Shown piece after piece: positions 1 through 14,054 of a stretch of 64,000 nucleotides of DNA (positions within the stretch are counted from its first letter, which is position 1; each line of letters opens with the position of its first letter). This DNA comes from Eledone cirrhosa (Eukaryota): positions 388,740,001 through 388,804,000 of the forward strand of contig OZ024740.1 in assembly GCA_964016885.1 (NCBI GenBank), read 5' to 3'. The notes beneath the pieces were generated by a model that worked only from the letters and a program-made list of their open reading frames with translations, was not told the origin of the DNA and searched no databases. Position numbers and translations under genes: made by a program.

Positions 1-206
1 TTGAGAGCAGTTTCCTTGTTTGGATATGAATTCATTTTTACATTTTCATTTCGTCTTTCCATCTCTATAGTATCTAGTGAAGAAGACGTTGTTGACTGCG
101 AGCTTGGTAGTCTTACCGCCTCTCCACCACCATTATCGTTGGACGCAGCGTTCATAACGTAATCAAAATTTAACAATATTTTTTCCAAGATTCGATGGAG
201 AAACAT
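1..206 (-). CDS. Candidate first coding exon of a host gene, open off the left edge (MFLHRILEKILLNFDYVMNAASNDNGGGEAVRLPSSQSTTSSSLDTIEMERRNENVKMNSYPNKETAL...)
   Basis: Manual translation gives 68 stop-free codons from AAAAATG at 206. There is an in-frame stop just upstream and an acceptor-like TTTTCGCCCCTACAG ending at 229. No family recognised. Confidence 0.4.
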   Translation of the reverse strand, partial: MFLHRILEKILLNFDYVMNAASNDNGGGEAVRLPSSQSTTSSSLDTIEMERRNENVKMNSYPNKETAL

Positions 207-373
207 TTTTTAAATGGATATTCCGCCCCTGTAGGGGCGAAAATGAGTTGACCCACCACCTGAAGGTCCAGACGGGTGGTCAAGTTACACAATGATATAA
301 AATTTAACTAAAACTCACGTTTTTCTTTCTTACATAAATTAACGGAAACTTCTCCGCGAAGTTACACACGTCT

Positions 374-461
<88 letters not shown>

Positions 462-532
462 TGTATATACGTACATATTTATATAGAAGAAGAAGAAGAA
501 GAAGAAGAAGAAGAAGAAGAAGAAGAAGAAGA
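374..532. repeat. (GATA)n followed by (GAA)n microsatellites
   Basis: Directly visible. Confidence 0.95.
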
Positions 533-609
533 ATACTTTGCGCTTGAAGTTTCCGTGTTTACACATGCGTAATAGTAACCGAAATATAATAAAACCGGGA
601 AGATGACTC

Positions 610-1430
610 TTTCTACTTTTGGCACAACGCCAGCAATTTGAAGAAAAGGGAAATTCGATTAGATCGATCCAAGTGCGTCACTTGTGTTTTATTTTATTGA
701 CTTGCAAGGATGACAGGCAAAGCTAACCTCAGCGATATTTGAGCATAAAGATTCCTAAATATATGCCACAAAGCATGCTGTTCGATGCTCTACCAATGCT
801 GCCAATCCCCCACCCAAAAGAAGGTAAATAATGGTTTCTGATTTAGGCGCAAAACAAACAATTTTGGGGAAGGGCAAAGTGAATTAAATAGACCCCAGTG
901 CGTTACTGGTACTTTATCTTATCGAACTTTTAAGAAAGCAAACCTCGGCCACATTTCGTCTCAGAACTTAAAAAGTCGTAACTATTATGCCGGACGGTAT
1001 GTTGACCGACGCACTACTCATACTGCTAATCCTCCGCCGTAAAGAGAGTAAATATAATTACGTGAACATCTGTGACTGTACCCGAGGTAAGAAAGAAAAA
1101 AGGAATATCAGTTTGACGGATTATACAAATCAAGTGTATTCCAGCAATCCAAACGGCGTTTCTGGGACATTTTTAAACCTGGCGGAGCCCATTTCTTCTC
1201 CATGTCTGAACACATCAGATTTTCTTCCAGAGAAGGACAGAGAGAGTGGGGGAAAGGAAATGATAAATAGATATAGAGGAAGAATCTACCCCAGTACTAG
1301 ACATGCACTTTTTTATCGACCTCGAATGGATGACAGTCAAGCTTGACCGCCATGAGATCTGAACTCAGAGAGCAGAGAGCTAGAACGAATACGACAGAGC
1401 AACTTCTAACGACGCTGCCAATTCGCCGTC
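610..1430 (-). mobile_element. Three degenerate copies of tRNA-derived SINE family 1 (about 610-810, 835-1038, 1285-1430)
   Basis: Partial matches to the SINE at 19741-19929 (ttctactttt-ggcaca, gaccccagt, tttatcgac, tgaactcag, gccaat-ccgcc). Confidence 0.7.
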
Positions 1431-2213
1431 TTAAGTATTTCGTACGTTTTTTTTAAAACAGAATTTGGCTGCATTTCCAAGATTTATTTCAATTACATAA
1501 TCCTGCGTTTTCTGACGACGAAGAACATGATAGTAACATTTGATACAATTGTCAAACTACTCCAACAACAACCTATGTTGCAACATAGGTTGTTGTTCTC
1601 AACCATTATACAATCATAACTGGGAATGCATGTTTATGTACTAATTATACATAAATTTGCATTTATTTGGAAAATGTCCAACATAACACAATATAAGTAA
1701 ATCTAATGAATCAGTTTAACAGTCTCGCTGCATTTAACGATTCTATATGGCTATTAACTATAATATATTTGTTGTTATTGGCAGAAGCGCAGTTTGGCAG
1801 ATTAATTGCTATTTTGTCTGTTAAGAATCAAACGAAACTTGAAACCAGTTTAGATCCATTTTTACTGTCTACGGAAAGATAGCCAAATACATTTGTAATA
1901 CATTTGTAATGCAGCGACGGCTGTAATGTGTTGCGAACATTTTTCTACCATACTACATATAATAAAAAATCTTATCTACATACACACATACATACAGATA
2001 CAAACGCACACACAAACATGTTCACACATGTGCACACGCTCGCACACACTCATACTTACGCGCGTTGTGTCCTTGAGCAAGACACTTTATTTCACGTTGC
2101 TCCTTCTACCTGGATTTGCGACCGATAGAAATTATTAGCAATTAGAAAGACCAATGGAAGCATTGTTTCCTCGGTCCGATTTGACGAAATTCGATCGACT
2201 GTCGATGTATATG

Positions 2214-2223
<10 letters not shown>

Positions 2224-2256
<33 letters not shown>

Positions 2257-2280
2257 CTATATGCGCGTTTGTGTGTGTGA

Positions 2281-2328
<48 letters not shown>

Positions 2329-2372
2329 CTGTATGCGGGTGTGTGAGTGTGTGTGCGTGTGTGTGTGTGTGT
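2224..2372. repeat. Imperfect (GT)n microsatellite
   Basis: Directly visible. Confidence 0.95.
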
Positions 2373-2672
2373 AGACATATCTGTATGCATGAACAAGAAA
2401 AAAAATGAAAACAGTGCTCAATCGGGAAGAGAGCTGATATATTATATGTATTCATGTTCAAACATGGGACAAAAGCGCTATCCAAGTTATAATGCGTCTT
2501 TCGTAAACTTGCGTTTTCGCACACCTTGCTTTTAAAAGCATCTTATAAACTCATATAAGCGACTGAAAATTAGGTTACAATTTTAATCCATCTTACATTC
2601 TGGAGATATTATCAATATTGGACCTTGAAACTTTAGGTAGCGCTTTTGTTCCGTGTATGGATATAAATATTA

Positions 2673-2725
<53 letters not shown>

Positions 2726-2734
2726 TATCAGATA

Positions 2735-2915
2735 TGGTGTGGTAAGAAAACCAGGTGGACCATAACCCACCTGAGTACTGGATACTTGGGGTAGTAGAAT
2801 GAGTAATTTGAAAAGAGTCAATGCCCCAACGGCTGAGCTCCGGCCGTTTCGACAGCTAGATCCGAACTAGATCTAGCTGTCGAAACAGCCAGAGCTCAGC
2901 CGCCGAGGTCCGGAA
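2735..2915. mobile_element. PLE-type pLTR fold-back fragment, family A
   Basis: Similar to 28428-28636, 46363-46556 and 47484-47888; palindrome centred near 2866; flanked by (TA)n. Confidence 0.7.
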
Positions 2916-2918
2916 TCT

Positions 2919-2968
<50 letters not shown>

Positions 2969-2974
<6 letters not shown>

Positions 2975-3320
2975 GTTTGTATATGTATAATAAAGCCAAA
3001 ACAATGCTGGTATGGACATAGAATAAAGAATGCAAATGCAAAGGATATTGTTGACAATTAGTTTTTTACCTTAGATTTATTTAAATGTCCTTAATTTTCG
3101 AGATATGGTTTAACCGCTTTACTTCCCTCCGAAGAAGAGATATTATCTCGAAAATTAAGGACATTTAAATAAATCTAAGGTAAAAGACTAATTGTCAACA
3201 ATATCTTTTGCATTTGCATTCTTTATTCTATGTCCATACCAGAATTGTTTTGGCTTTATTATGCATATACAAACGTTTATACCTCATTACACAATGCTTC
3301 AAGTGAACTATAACTTCCTC

Positions 3321-3322
<2 letters not shown>
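2969..3322. mobile_element. Fold-back insertion with about 135-bp arms and a minimal hammerhead-like motif at 3126-3160 (+)
   Basis: Arms 2969-3105 and 3144-3280. Motif reads CCT-CCGAAGA-A-GAGATA/TATCTC-GAAAATTA-AGG. Flanked by (TA)n. Confidence 0.6.
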
Positions 3323-3364
<42 letters not shown>

Positions 3365-3367
<3 letters not shown>

Positions 3368-3457
3368 GTAATAATAATAAATTTGAAGACTAAAATCCAA
3401 AGAGGGCTCGATAAGGATAAATATATATCAAATATATAAGAACCGTAGAGCAAATAT
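3365..3457 (-). mobile_element. Solo fragment of the Naiad pLTR 3' end
   Basis: Near-identical to 56045-56135. Confidence 0.85.
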
Positions 3458-4329
3458 ATATATGAGGGTAGGGGGGGGATTGTCTCCTTCAACGATGAAA
3501 ATTATCCAATATCATCTTCATAATCAATTAAGGTTTTAAGATTATCGCTTGTATGCTTATGATATAGATTTCTTTCGGTTGGACAAAAGAACATATATTT
3601 GCACTCACAAATGAATTGGATCTACCGGCGTGGATTAGAAGTGCTTAATGTATTGACTATGGTGGCGGTGAAAGGTACAGTCGATTCCTAGGGGATTTGA
3701 ACTAAAGCCGTATAGCGACGGAATCTAATTTTCTGTGGACTTTGATCATATATTCTAGTCGTTTTCTTCATACAACTGTTTGATATTTATCATTGATTGT
3801 ATCTTATAGGTTAACCTCAATAACTAAACAACCATAGTTAAGTAGACATGTTTCGTATCTAATTTTCTACATCATGCTAAGCGCATATATAATTGTGTGG
3901 TATAGACGTTCACTTCATATCTACGTGTTTCCAGTCTCGGCCTCAGTGCACGCCACATTGCGCATTTGATTTCTACCACCACAACCACAATCACCCCCAT
4001 CCACCCACCCCAGGTGACAAATATGCATGTGAAGTGCATGTTCGTGTGTGTGTCTACATCATCATCCGGTGCTTTTTCAAATGGAATTTATTGTAATATG
4101 TGTCCTTCATCAAGTAACAGACACACTTGCGTTGTCACTCTTGCTTTCTAGAATTGTGAGAATCAGTGGTTGGCCAATTGAAAACCTGCAACCAGTGGTG
4201 ACATTAATAACCGAAATAACTAAAATAGACAAATAATAAATATTTAAACTTCTGGAATAGCCTCTTATCAGTTTTGTTCTTCGCGCCACCTGAGTGCCTA
4301 TCGAATGCATACGGGTACACTCACAAACA

Positions 4330-4662
4330 TATCTACCTGTATATACAGATATATGAATAGATATCAATATAGATATAAATATAGATATAACATAGATATA
4401 GATATATATATAGACATAGATATAGATATAGATATAGATATAGACATAGATATAGATATAGAGATAGATATAGATATCGATATAGATATAGATATAGATA
4501 TATATATAGACATAGATATAGATATAGATATAGACATAGATATAGATATAGAGATAGATATAGATATCGATATAGATATAGATATTAGTTATAGTTATAG
4601 ATATAGATATAGTTATAGTTATAGTTATAGATATAGATATAGATATCGATATCGATATAGAT
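4330..4662. repeat. (ATAGAT)n hexamer microsatellite
   Basis: Directly visible; explains the DIDIDI pseudo-ORF. Confidence 0.95.
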
Positions 4663-6170
4663 ATTGGAGTATGTGTTGTATGTTTACATGCGCATTGAAA
4701 TGTTGAATGGGTGAATGTATATATTCACGTATGAAGAACTGATAAGTCTAAAAGTAATAAATTTCTATATTTTCTTCCTTTTTGGTTATCTCGCGTTATG
4801 CACAGTTAGCGTTGATATTTTCTCACGTGGGGAACTTCAAATAAGGAGCCTACAAAGTTCTGGGATCTATATAATCGATTTTACGCTCTGAATTTGTGCC
4901 CCCATTATGTAAACAGTTCAAGTAAAAGATAAAAGAAAAGGAAATGTGTGTAGTTGTCATAATCTTAGAAAACTACAATAGTTTGCATATGTATGATTTT
5001 TCGTCTTGCTGATAATGAAATATTTGGTCTCAAAGAAACTGTTTGATGTTGTCAGTAATCCACACATATATAAAAGTAAATAATGAAAAAGCTTATGACA
5101 CTTATTGAAACGAATCGGCATCGTTCGTCACAAGTCCGTACGCGGTTATAGCGTTTCTATTCACTAATTTGCAATTAATTCTCAAGCTACCTTTGATTTC
5201 TGTAGAACACAAATACCAGTCAGATAATATAGATTTCTAATCAAATAAATATGTAACTATATGGGTAGCAGAAAGCGTCTATAATACGTCCCTTAAAGCT
5301 TTAAGAGTGAATGATATTATGTGCTAGAAATAGAACCACATATAAATCTATTGGACATGACTGAAACAGCTTTTAGTAAAGGCATCAGAGAGGTAAATGC
5401 ATGATTTTATAAGCCAAACTAATCAATATACTCTACCACTTCTTAGACTGGTTTCCATTTATAGGTAGGAAGTATGTAATGAAAATATGTGACCTGTATT
5501 TTCTTTAGAAATTCATTATAAATGCATGCGAAGTGGTTCTATATGAAAGATGAATGTGTATCGCAAATTTGATTCGAGGAAAGACACCACCACTTCAAAA
5601 TCAATCTCATTTGGATGCGGGTTGATCGGAATCAGCTCTTACTACTTTGCTTAATGAAAGAAAAGAATAGTGAGACATTTTCGTTTCATAAATTCTTAAT
5701 ATAATATAGAGCCATTAGTAAATGTGATTCCCTGTTATTTTAAAACATATTAATATAATGCATTTCTAAACACATTGTGAGTCTCCCATTTACTATAATA
5801 GCAATCAGATACCTTCGAGATAATTAAATGGCAATATTTTGTAAAATATTGTAGCGTATGCACAATTAAGAGATCAATGCCAGATAACGAAGATACATTT
5901 TAAAACATTCCATAATGGAAAATGTATGTAACTGACTGGAACAGGGAATTGTAAATATCATTTTCGATATAACTTGTATTACCTATTAATGTGAATTCTA
6001 CATGATCATATTACACACTCTCTTGAAACGATTTTATAAACGGACTTGGTAATATAGCGACCTCACATATATAACATTTCCAGAACATTATTACAGTAAG
6101 CCACAACAAATACTGAGTTGTTTTTAATCCGACGCACTAACGGCATTCCCAATTCGCCGACAATACTAAA

Positions 6171-6356
6171 TTGTTTCTACTTTTGGCACAAGGCCAGCAA
6201 TTATCCCAGTGTATTACTGGTACTTTATTTTATCGACTCCGTAAGGATGAAAGGCAAAGTTAACCTCGACAGGATTTGAACTCAGTCCGTAAAGGGACGT
6301 AACTGTGCTGCAAAGCATGGCGTCCGACCCTCTACCGATACTGCTAATCCACCGCC
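6171..6356 (-). mobile_element. tRNA-derived SINE family 1
   Basis: Reverse complement has A box (TAGCAGTATCGG) and B box (GAGTTCAAATCC); many copies in the window. Confidence 0.9.
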
Positions 6357-6439
6357 GACAATGATATAATGGATATAAATTATACCTAGAAAACTTATGA
6401 TACTGCGGTTATTTCCCTTGTTATTCTTCTTCATATATT

Positions 6440-8430
6440 TCTTCTTCTTCGGTCACTTATTACTAGGAGCGTCGGCGAGAGGATCCTCAAACTCGCTTTC
6501 CAGGAGAAACCGATGGCGGAGTCCTACTCCCTCATTGAATTGCTTTGATTTAGTACCATTTATCCGAACACAAATACTAGGGCATTCAGAGAAACAAGAA
6601 GCTGCCAAGCGATTCTATAATCCTGCAAAACCTCCCACAACTGGTCCTATGGAAATCGGTTATATGCCTTTTTGAAGTCTGCGAAGCAAGCATACACCGC
6701 TTGGCAGTATCCGTAAGATCTCTCAAAAACATGCCGCTTTGTGAATAGTTGGTCGGCTGTGCTACCTCCGGGGAGAAACCCACACTGTTCATCAGCTATT
6801 TGGACTGGACAATCTCCCTACATCACTGTGCCAGACCCTTAGCATAGACTTTACCGGGAAGAACCATCTATAATTGGAGCAATCTTTGTTGTCTTCTCTT
6901 TGGAAATCGAAATTATCGCCCCCCGATTGCCATTGCTTATGTGCTTTTCTCGAGATCTAGGCCAAACAGCACACACAAGTCAGGAAGAGAATACCTTCTT
7001 TATCTAAGGATTTTAACATTTCGGGCCGAATGTCATCTTCTCCAGCAGCCATGCCACATTTGAACTCTTTAATTGCTTCTGGGACTTCAGGCTCAATGAG
7101 GCTAGTCATCGATCCCAGATGCACATCACGTACACCAGAAAATGTTGTGACAGGGTTGAGGCTATCGGCTAAGTATTCTCTCCGACTCGTGACGACGGAC
7201 CTCACTGAAGAGAGGAGACCTCCAGATGCTTTGATGCTAGCAGGTCTAGAGGAGGTCGTTTTATTACGAAGTTGGCAGATGGTCTACTAAAAAACACTAT
7301 TTGCTGATATGATAGTCCTTCCATGTCAACTTTGGAGGCCTTTACTGTCTCAGCTGTGGCTTTTTGCGCCTGTTTATATCGCATGTGAAATAATGAGGAC
7401 TTATTTCCAAGTCAAGCTTTGCAGGCTTCCTTCTTTACTCGGAAGACATATTTGACCTCTTGATTGACCAAGAAGTCCTTCTGACACCCGACTCCACACC
7501 AAACATCTTTCGTCCACAGCATGTAACAGTTGAAGCAGACACTGTTGATTTAAACTCTCTCCACACCGTTTCAATTGCTCAGTTTATTGAGGGAGTTCTC
7601 TGTATATTAATGCAATATTATTTGCATACCTGGTCCTGACTTCCTTATTCGCCATATCTTCCAACTTTAATCTATAGGTCGACCTGGACCTGCCAGTGTT
7701 GAGGGCTTCCTCGGCTTTAGGTCGTCTCAAGTTGCAGATGATTATCAGTTCACAGCTGTCATTCTCTTAACACGAACATCTATCACAAAAGTTTAGAGCA
7801 ATAACAATATTACTTATTGTTCTCTGTCTCTGATTCCCCTTGTACCATGTACATTTATAGATGTCTCTGTGCTGGATGTATGTGTTCATAATAGAGAGCC
7901 CATTACTAGAACAGAAGTCTAATATGTATTCTCCACTCGTATTTAGATCGGGATCGCCATTCCTTCCAATTAATTATTTTCATGTCAGGTAATCCGTGCC
8001 AACATGTGCATTGAAGTCTCCCGTTAGGATACATTACTCAGTCTTAACTACATCCAAAGCTGCAGTGAATTCCTCAAGGGCGGATACGTATTCGAGCCAT
8101 TTGTTTGGTGCAAAAACTTGTTTGGTACCATTCACAGAGACCTATCTTTCAGCCTAATCTTCCCACGTAATGGGATCAAGTCCATAAGACATTCTCACAG
8201 CCGATGGGGGGGGGGAGCTTGTGAGTGTCCTCACTCCTGCCTGTGCAGTCATTTCTTGTGTCACATCTGAATAATTGGGTTTTGTATCTTCCATCCAAAT
8301 CAATAGTACCAGAGCCGGGGAAGTACGTTGAGGAAAGACCCGATTATATCTAGCCAGTAGCATCTAGCCTCCTCTATTAGATCCATCGCCTAATCTGCAA
8401 GTGGTTTGATGTCCCAGGTTCCAATTTTTT
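6440..8430 (-). mobile_element. Decayed RTE-type LINE (APE plus partial RT, internally deleted, (GAA)n tail); 5' UTR may extend to about 8990
   Basis: APE motif ILTGDFNAHVG near 8010; AAGEDDIRPEMLK near 7040; RT motifs STADQLF and CFADFKKAY near 6660-6780; many stops and frameshifts. Confidence 0.8.
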
Positions 8431-11400
8431 ACGGTTTGCTTCCTTTTGAACCCCTTTTTATAATCTCGAGATACGCAATATTTGTGCCTCAATCACACGC
8501 CTCCCAGGACGGCACTGGTCCATTGTCAGTCTTTTCAGCATGAAATGGGAGCCGCAATATATTTTTCAAACAGGTGTCTCTACTTAATACCAGAACGCGT
8601 CCCTTGTTATCCCGTGCGGTGGACGATGTAGTATGACTGCCTTTGTTGTCTCTCACCGTATTGCAGTGAATTTTGGTGGACGTATTTGTGCCAGTCACCA
8701 ATTTGATACTTTTCTCAGACTCACGAAGTCTAGGCATGTTTAGAGGCAGCCTTTACTCGCCTCATCGTAACTTCTCACTGAGTTGTTAGAGTTTTCTTGT
8801 GAGCTAAAGGTGTCACTCATTGCTCCATCTACCCTAGTAGTTTACCACTGCTGGACCGGTGGGTGGCCGCTTATATCGCAACTAGCCATATCTAGTGACT
8901 GTACCACTATCCACCACCTGCGATCCGTTCTCTAGCTGAACAGCTCTGCCGAGAACAGTTACTACTCAATTTTCTTTGCAGAACATTCCTTTTGTGATGC
9001 TGCTTAAACATTCTCCAGGGTTTGTAGTTTTTTTTTATTATTAGCTCCATTGATGCTTAACTAGCAAATAACACTGTCGACTTACCGCATATCATATTAC
9101 ACATATTTCACTAAGTATTTTGCAAAAATATTTTTCTCCTGAGCTTCCAGAATTTATTTCCCACTGAACCATCCACATGCGGATGCTGAAGCTGAACATT
9201 AACCTCATCGATACAACCAACGTGAGTGGGCCTACAATCAACAGAAACACGGCAACACCTACCGCTCCTCCTTCCCCCCTCCTTATCTACAGAATCATCA
9301 TAATCTTCATCCATCTCTTCTGAGAAATTAATAATATCCTTAATCAACAAAATTACATTGAGTTACTATTCAAATTTCCTTTTTGTTGATTTGGGATGTT
9401 ATTAATTTCATAAAAGATATGGATGATGATGGTGATGCTGTTAGGTATCAATGAAGGGGACACACAACTGGTTAATTTAAAGAAAAAAAAGCTGCAAGCT
9501 CTAGAGACTTTTTAAATAACCTCACAAGAAAAATGTTCTGAAACATTGGTGTTACTTTATGAATACTTATCTCGATTTTCCTCACAGTTTTTAGAATTAT
9601 TTGACGGCTTTAGAATGACAATGAAAATTCGTTGCTTTCATATCTATTCCCATGAGAATTGGTGTAATGAAAGTAAGTGGAAAACAAATGCTTCAACGTT
9701 GAAGAATCATTCTTGTTCTCATCATACACAATATTGATAACAATGTTTTTCGTAAAGTATTTCGTATGAAACATGACAGTTAAAACTAACTTGTCCGGAG
9801 TTAGAATGATATAGTATTCGATACAATATGAATACATGACCAAGGAAGTAGACACTTAAAAGTCTATGAATGTAGCTAACGATTAGACAACCTTGTATTT
9901 CAGATTATGTTGAGGTTGTAGTTGTTTTTATTGCTATTATATTTAACCAAATCAAGTACCACTTTGATAAAAGGATTTCAAGACATGACTTCCTTATCAT
10001 CTGAGTGTACTTATGTTTACATAATCTATTGTAATTGTTATTTAATATGTTGTTGTTTATTGTTTCTCTTTCCCGTAGATCGGGTGATTGTTTAGGTGCC
10101 TTCTCGTTGGTTCGTACCTTTTGTTGTATTCTTATAAAAAATGATAAATTGCCGTTCACCCTCTCACGTTATCATTCTTATATGCCATGAATTTTCCTAG
10201 AAATGAAATATATTTCAAATACACTGCGCCATTGTATCCGTCGTAATTATACAATGGTAAAATGTATCAAAGATAAGATTAGACTACATAGTTAACATAT
10301 GAACTCATAGAACCAGATTTACTGATACTAAATGGAGAATGATAGGAGGTTTAGTTATTCTCCGATAAATGCAGAGCCATGATATCAAGATATATATTAT
10401 TTGTATGTAAATATTTGATACTGAAAAAGTGATTTACACTTATAATTGAAGTTTATCTTTTGTCAAAATATAGATCTGACTATAATCAATCACATTAGAT
10501 GTTAAAATCAATCAATTTAATGTGTAATGGCTGGTACAAATTCGATAAATATACACCTTGTAGCTTGGCTGCTGAAAGAATATCCCACTGTGAAGTTTCT
10601 CTCAAAAGAGCAAAGTGAAAATAAATATACAATTTCTTTTTTTTTTAATATTCTAACCCAGTGCTTTAACTAGAATTAGCTTAAAATATATTGATTTCTT
10701 TGTTTGATTCAAAGCATATATCTGGCGAGTCTAATCAATTAAATCGACCTTAATATTCGAATGGAATTTATTTCATCGACCTCAAAAGGATGAAAGGTAC
10801 ATTATCTTCAAGAAAAGCTTGCTAAACAATATTATTTCATTGCCTGAAAATCAATTTAGTCACTAAACATTTACACAATTATGTACGAAACTTTAACAGC
10901 AAGCAAAGCAGCCTATTTTCTAAAGCAAATAAACTTATTTTCTTCATTTTTCTTTATCTGCTAGTATATCAATAGTATCTATTTGGCCTTAGTTCAAAAT
11001 TATTTCAAAGCTCTGTTTGCCAAAGATATTAGAGAAACATAACTCATTCAACGGTTAGTATTTATTTCAACCTCTCATATTCATACGTGCGTAACTAATA
11101 AATGATATAGCTGTTCAACTTAATTTTCGCAGCTTTTCAGTTTCTTTATATGGGGCAAAGCTTTATTACGATTTTAGTTTTTTGCCTTCCTTTCAGATAA
11201 ATCTTTTAAACGCTGAAGCTGTTTATATGAAATAAAATTATAACATTTTTATACGACGTATAACAAAATAAAGTTCCAAAACATTCATTGCTAACACTAT
11301 CGTAAGCTATAGTTCCGTTGGGTAGATGCAAATTAATCAAATTGCATCATATTCGTGGTATTATTGTCACAATGTACACATTGAAACTTCTGCTGTAAAT

Positions 11401-12881
11401 GGGCATTAAAAATATTACGAGTGTGAGTTGATAATTACAAAGAATGACCCCTTGACATGTAAATACAGAGATAATATATTTAATATATCGTACGTTAGGA
11501 ATACATTTTCATACAGTACTTATGTTTCATGATGTTAGACATTCACGAGGTGAATCCATCATTAGAGTTACTTCACCCGTATAAACTAACCCAAACATCA
11601 TTTTTTGAAAGTTAATCTATACGAGCGAATTATCCAATAATGGGAGTCATCTATTTGATGACTAAAATTATGAATCTTAAATATTTTATGAAAATATATA
11701 CTTATGTATTGTACTGTATATTCTAACGAAAGCAATCTTGAGGTGGTTTCTTATATATTCTTTTTATCTCATACTTATACCAATTTACAAGCTTTTAATA
11801 GACATCTTTCTATCCGACAAGTATGTTTGACTGTTTATTGAAGTTTACTTTATTATATCCTTATATATACGAAGCAAATAGACAGTCAATTAAACAGCAG
11901 TGAACAAAAACCTCCTTATCAGAAATAATTATGTACTAATAGTTAATTATCTTAGCCAAGGACACAACACAGAACATGTTACAATATATGAGCCATGGAC
12001 GAACATTTTATCGACTCGCTAAAATATATTTCATTTATTTATGTAATTGTGGGTGTATAACTACTGGCTAAATAGTCAATAAAAATCTCTCTGTTTACAC
12101 CTGACTAATATATTAATCACTTCAAAGCAATATCAAAAAACGGTCTATAAAACATTTTCAGACATCAGGTTTACAATGAATAATATATTAAAATTAAATT
12201 GAATGTAATTTTTTTATTCTTATCTTTAATACGTTTATAATTTTGTAAAGTGATGTAATAGCTGCAGTCTATGAATCAAAATTTAATTCTTTTTTCGATA
12301 CACTGTAAGGTAAATTACAAACATTCTGCAAATTTCCAATAGTATTCATTTTTAACGTGACATAGCAAGGATATATTCCTTTACAAATAGTAAAAACATT
12401 GAAATTAAACAAAATACGGGTAATTCATAGTAAAACTCATTATTTTACGATCGTTTCTGGGGGGTATTTCTCCGTATGTTCATTCTATTAGTGATCTATG
12501 TAAAATATATTACAAATGATCAAAGTAAGAAAATATACATACGTCTTCCCTACCCACCGTCTTCAGAAATTATGAGTTTTGTTTATTGAAAAATATAAAA
12601 ACATGTAAAAGTAACCTTTAAGGTTGAGATTGACCAATAGTAAAAATAGGAAGGGGCAATATAGATCATTAAGCTGGTAGTAGTAGATGAATAAATTAGC
12701 AGTCAGGGGATGAGGTATCGAATGACCTTTAAGAAAAGAAAAGAAAGTTGCGAGTGTAAAGGAATTTAGACAGATTGTATAGAAAAGTGTGGACAATCAA
12801 GGAAGATTAAAGTTGGAGGAAAAGGGGTGCAGATATCAGTGTGTTATATCTAGTAGAATAGTATAGAACAATCCTAAATAT

Positions 12882-13318
12882 TGTCATCCCTTGAAATTGT
12901 CATCCTTTGAATCGCAAGAATGTTTTGCAAATGTTGAAGGTGCCAGCCATTTGTAGTCTATGAATTTGGGAGCTGCACTCTTTGTGCACAAATCCAAGTT
13001 CAGTTATACTTTGTTCCAATAATGATAGGTATGAATTTGAAGGTGTATTTTGGATACTGGATCTGCAAGCTCCTCTTCAATGGTCCGTAGATGTCCTCCT
13101 CTTGTATATTTCTTACAACGTTGACATTAAGTGGGCAGCTGATCTCTACAACAAAGCACGTTTTCAATGCGTGGTCACAAGCAACAATATCAGGCCGGTT
13201 GTGTTTTAATTTGGTGACAGTTTTTAATTTCAGGTTCCACCAGTATTCTTTATTGCCATCTATCTCAACCTATTCCTCCTCATTTGTTTTCAATTTTGTT
13301 TTCCTAAGTGCGCTCCAG
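12882..13318 (-). mobile_element. 3' fragment of an RLE-type (R4-like) LINE
   Basis: Decayed paralogue of 14137-14625 (KHNRPDIV, EISCPL). Confidence 0.8.
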
Positions 13319-13381
13319 TGTATGTATGTATGTATGTATGTATGTATGTATGTATGTATGTATGTATGTATGTATGTATGT

Positions 13382-13840
13382 ATCAAAGGGCAAAGGAGCT
13401 CTTAAGAGTCAATGGCCATCCAAAATCACAGGGAGAGATGACCCCTTAGCCTTTGTCAAGGCAGAATTCTAGGAGAAGGAAAACTCTGATATAACACCTG
13501 CAACCCTGATGGTATCCAATGATGTTGACTTGTTCTTCTTTTTGGTAAATATCATCTTGGTTAAGAGAGTGGGACTGGCTTTGCGCAGTGCCTTTGCTCA
13601 CTATAAAAGCTTCACGGCACAGGCATTGCTTTATATCTGGAGATCTCTCTGCACTTGTCGTCACATGGTACCATGGGCCCAGCACTGTGTCAATAATTGT
13701 CACAAGTGTAGTGTTTGTACCAGAGTTTTCAAGTCGCTGGCTGGACTAAAGAGTCACACTCGTTCAGCGCATCGGTAGGGGTTCTCCTACATGGATATAA
13801 AGTAGTGGCCGTACTCGAAAAACGAGTTGGCAGCCGCCAT
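13382..13840 (+). mobile_element. Short RTE-derived element with C-terminal C2H2 finger and (GTAT)n tail; partial duplicate at 13885-14038
   Basis: ORF 13509-13778 ends CSVCTRVFKSLAGLKSHTRSAH; GGAGAAGGAAAACTCTGA at about 13472; flanked by (GTAT)n. Confidence 0.65.
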
Positions 13841-14054
13841 GTATGTATGTATGTATGTATGTATGTATGTATGTGTGTATGTATGTGTCAATAATTGTCA
13901 CAAGTGTAGTGTTTGTACCAGAGTTTTCAAGTCGCTGGCTGGACTAAAAAGTCGCACTCGTTCAGCGCATCGGTAAGGGGTTCTTCTACATTGATATAAA
14001 GTAGTGGCCGTACTCGAAAACTAGTTGGCAGCCACCATGTATGTATGTATGTAT

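Noticed and set aside
8430-8990. HDV-like ribozyme expected at an RTE 5' end
   Set aside because: Could not build the nested double pseudoknot by eye; needs a descriptor search
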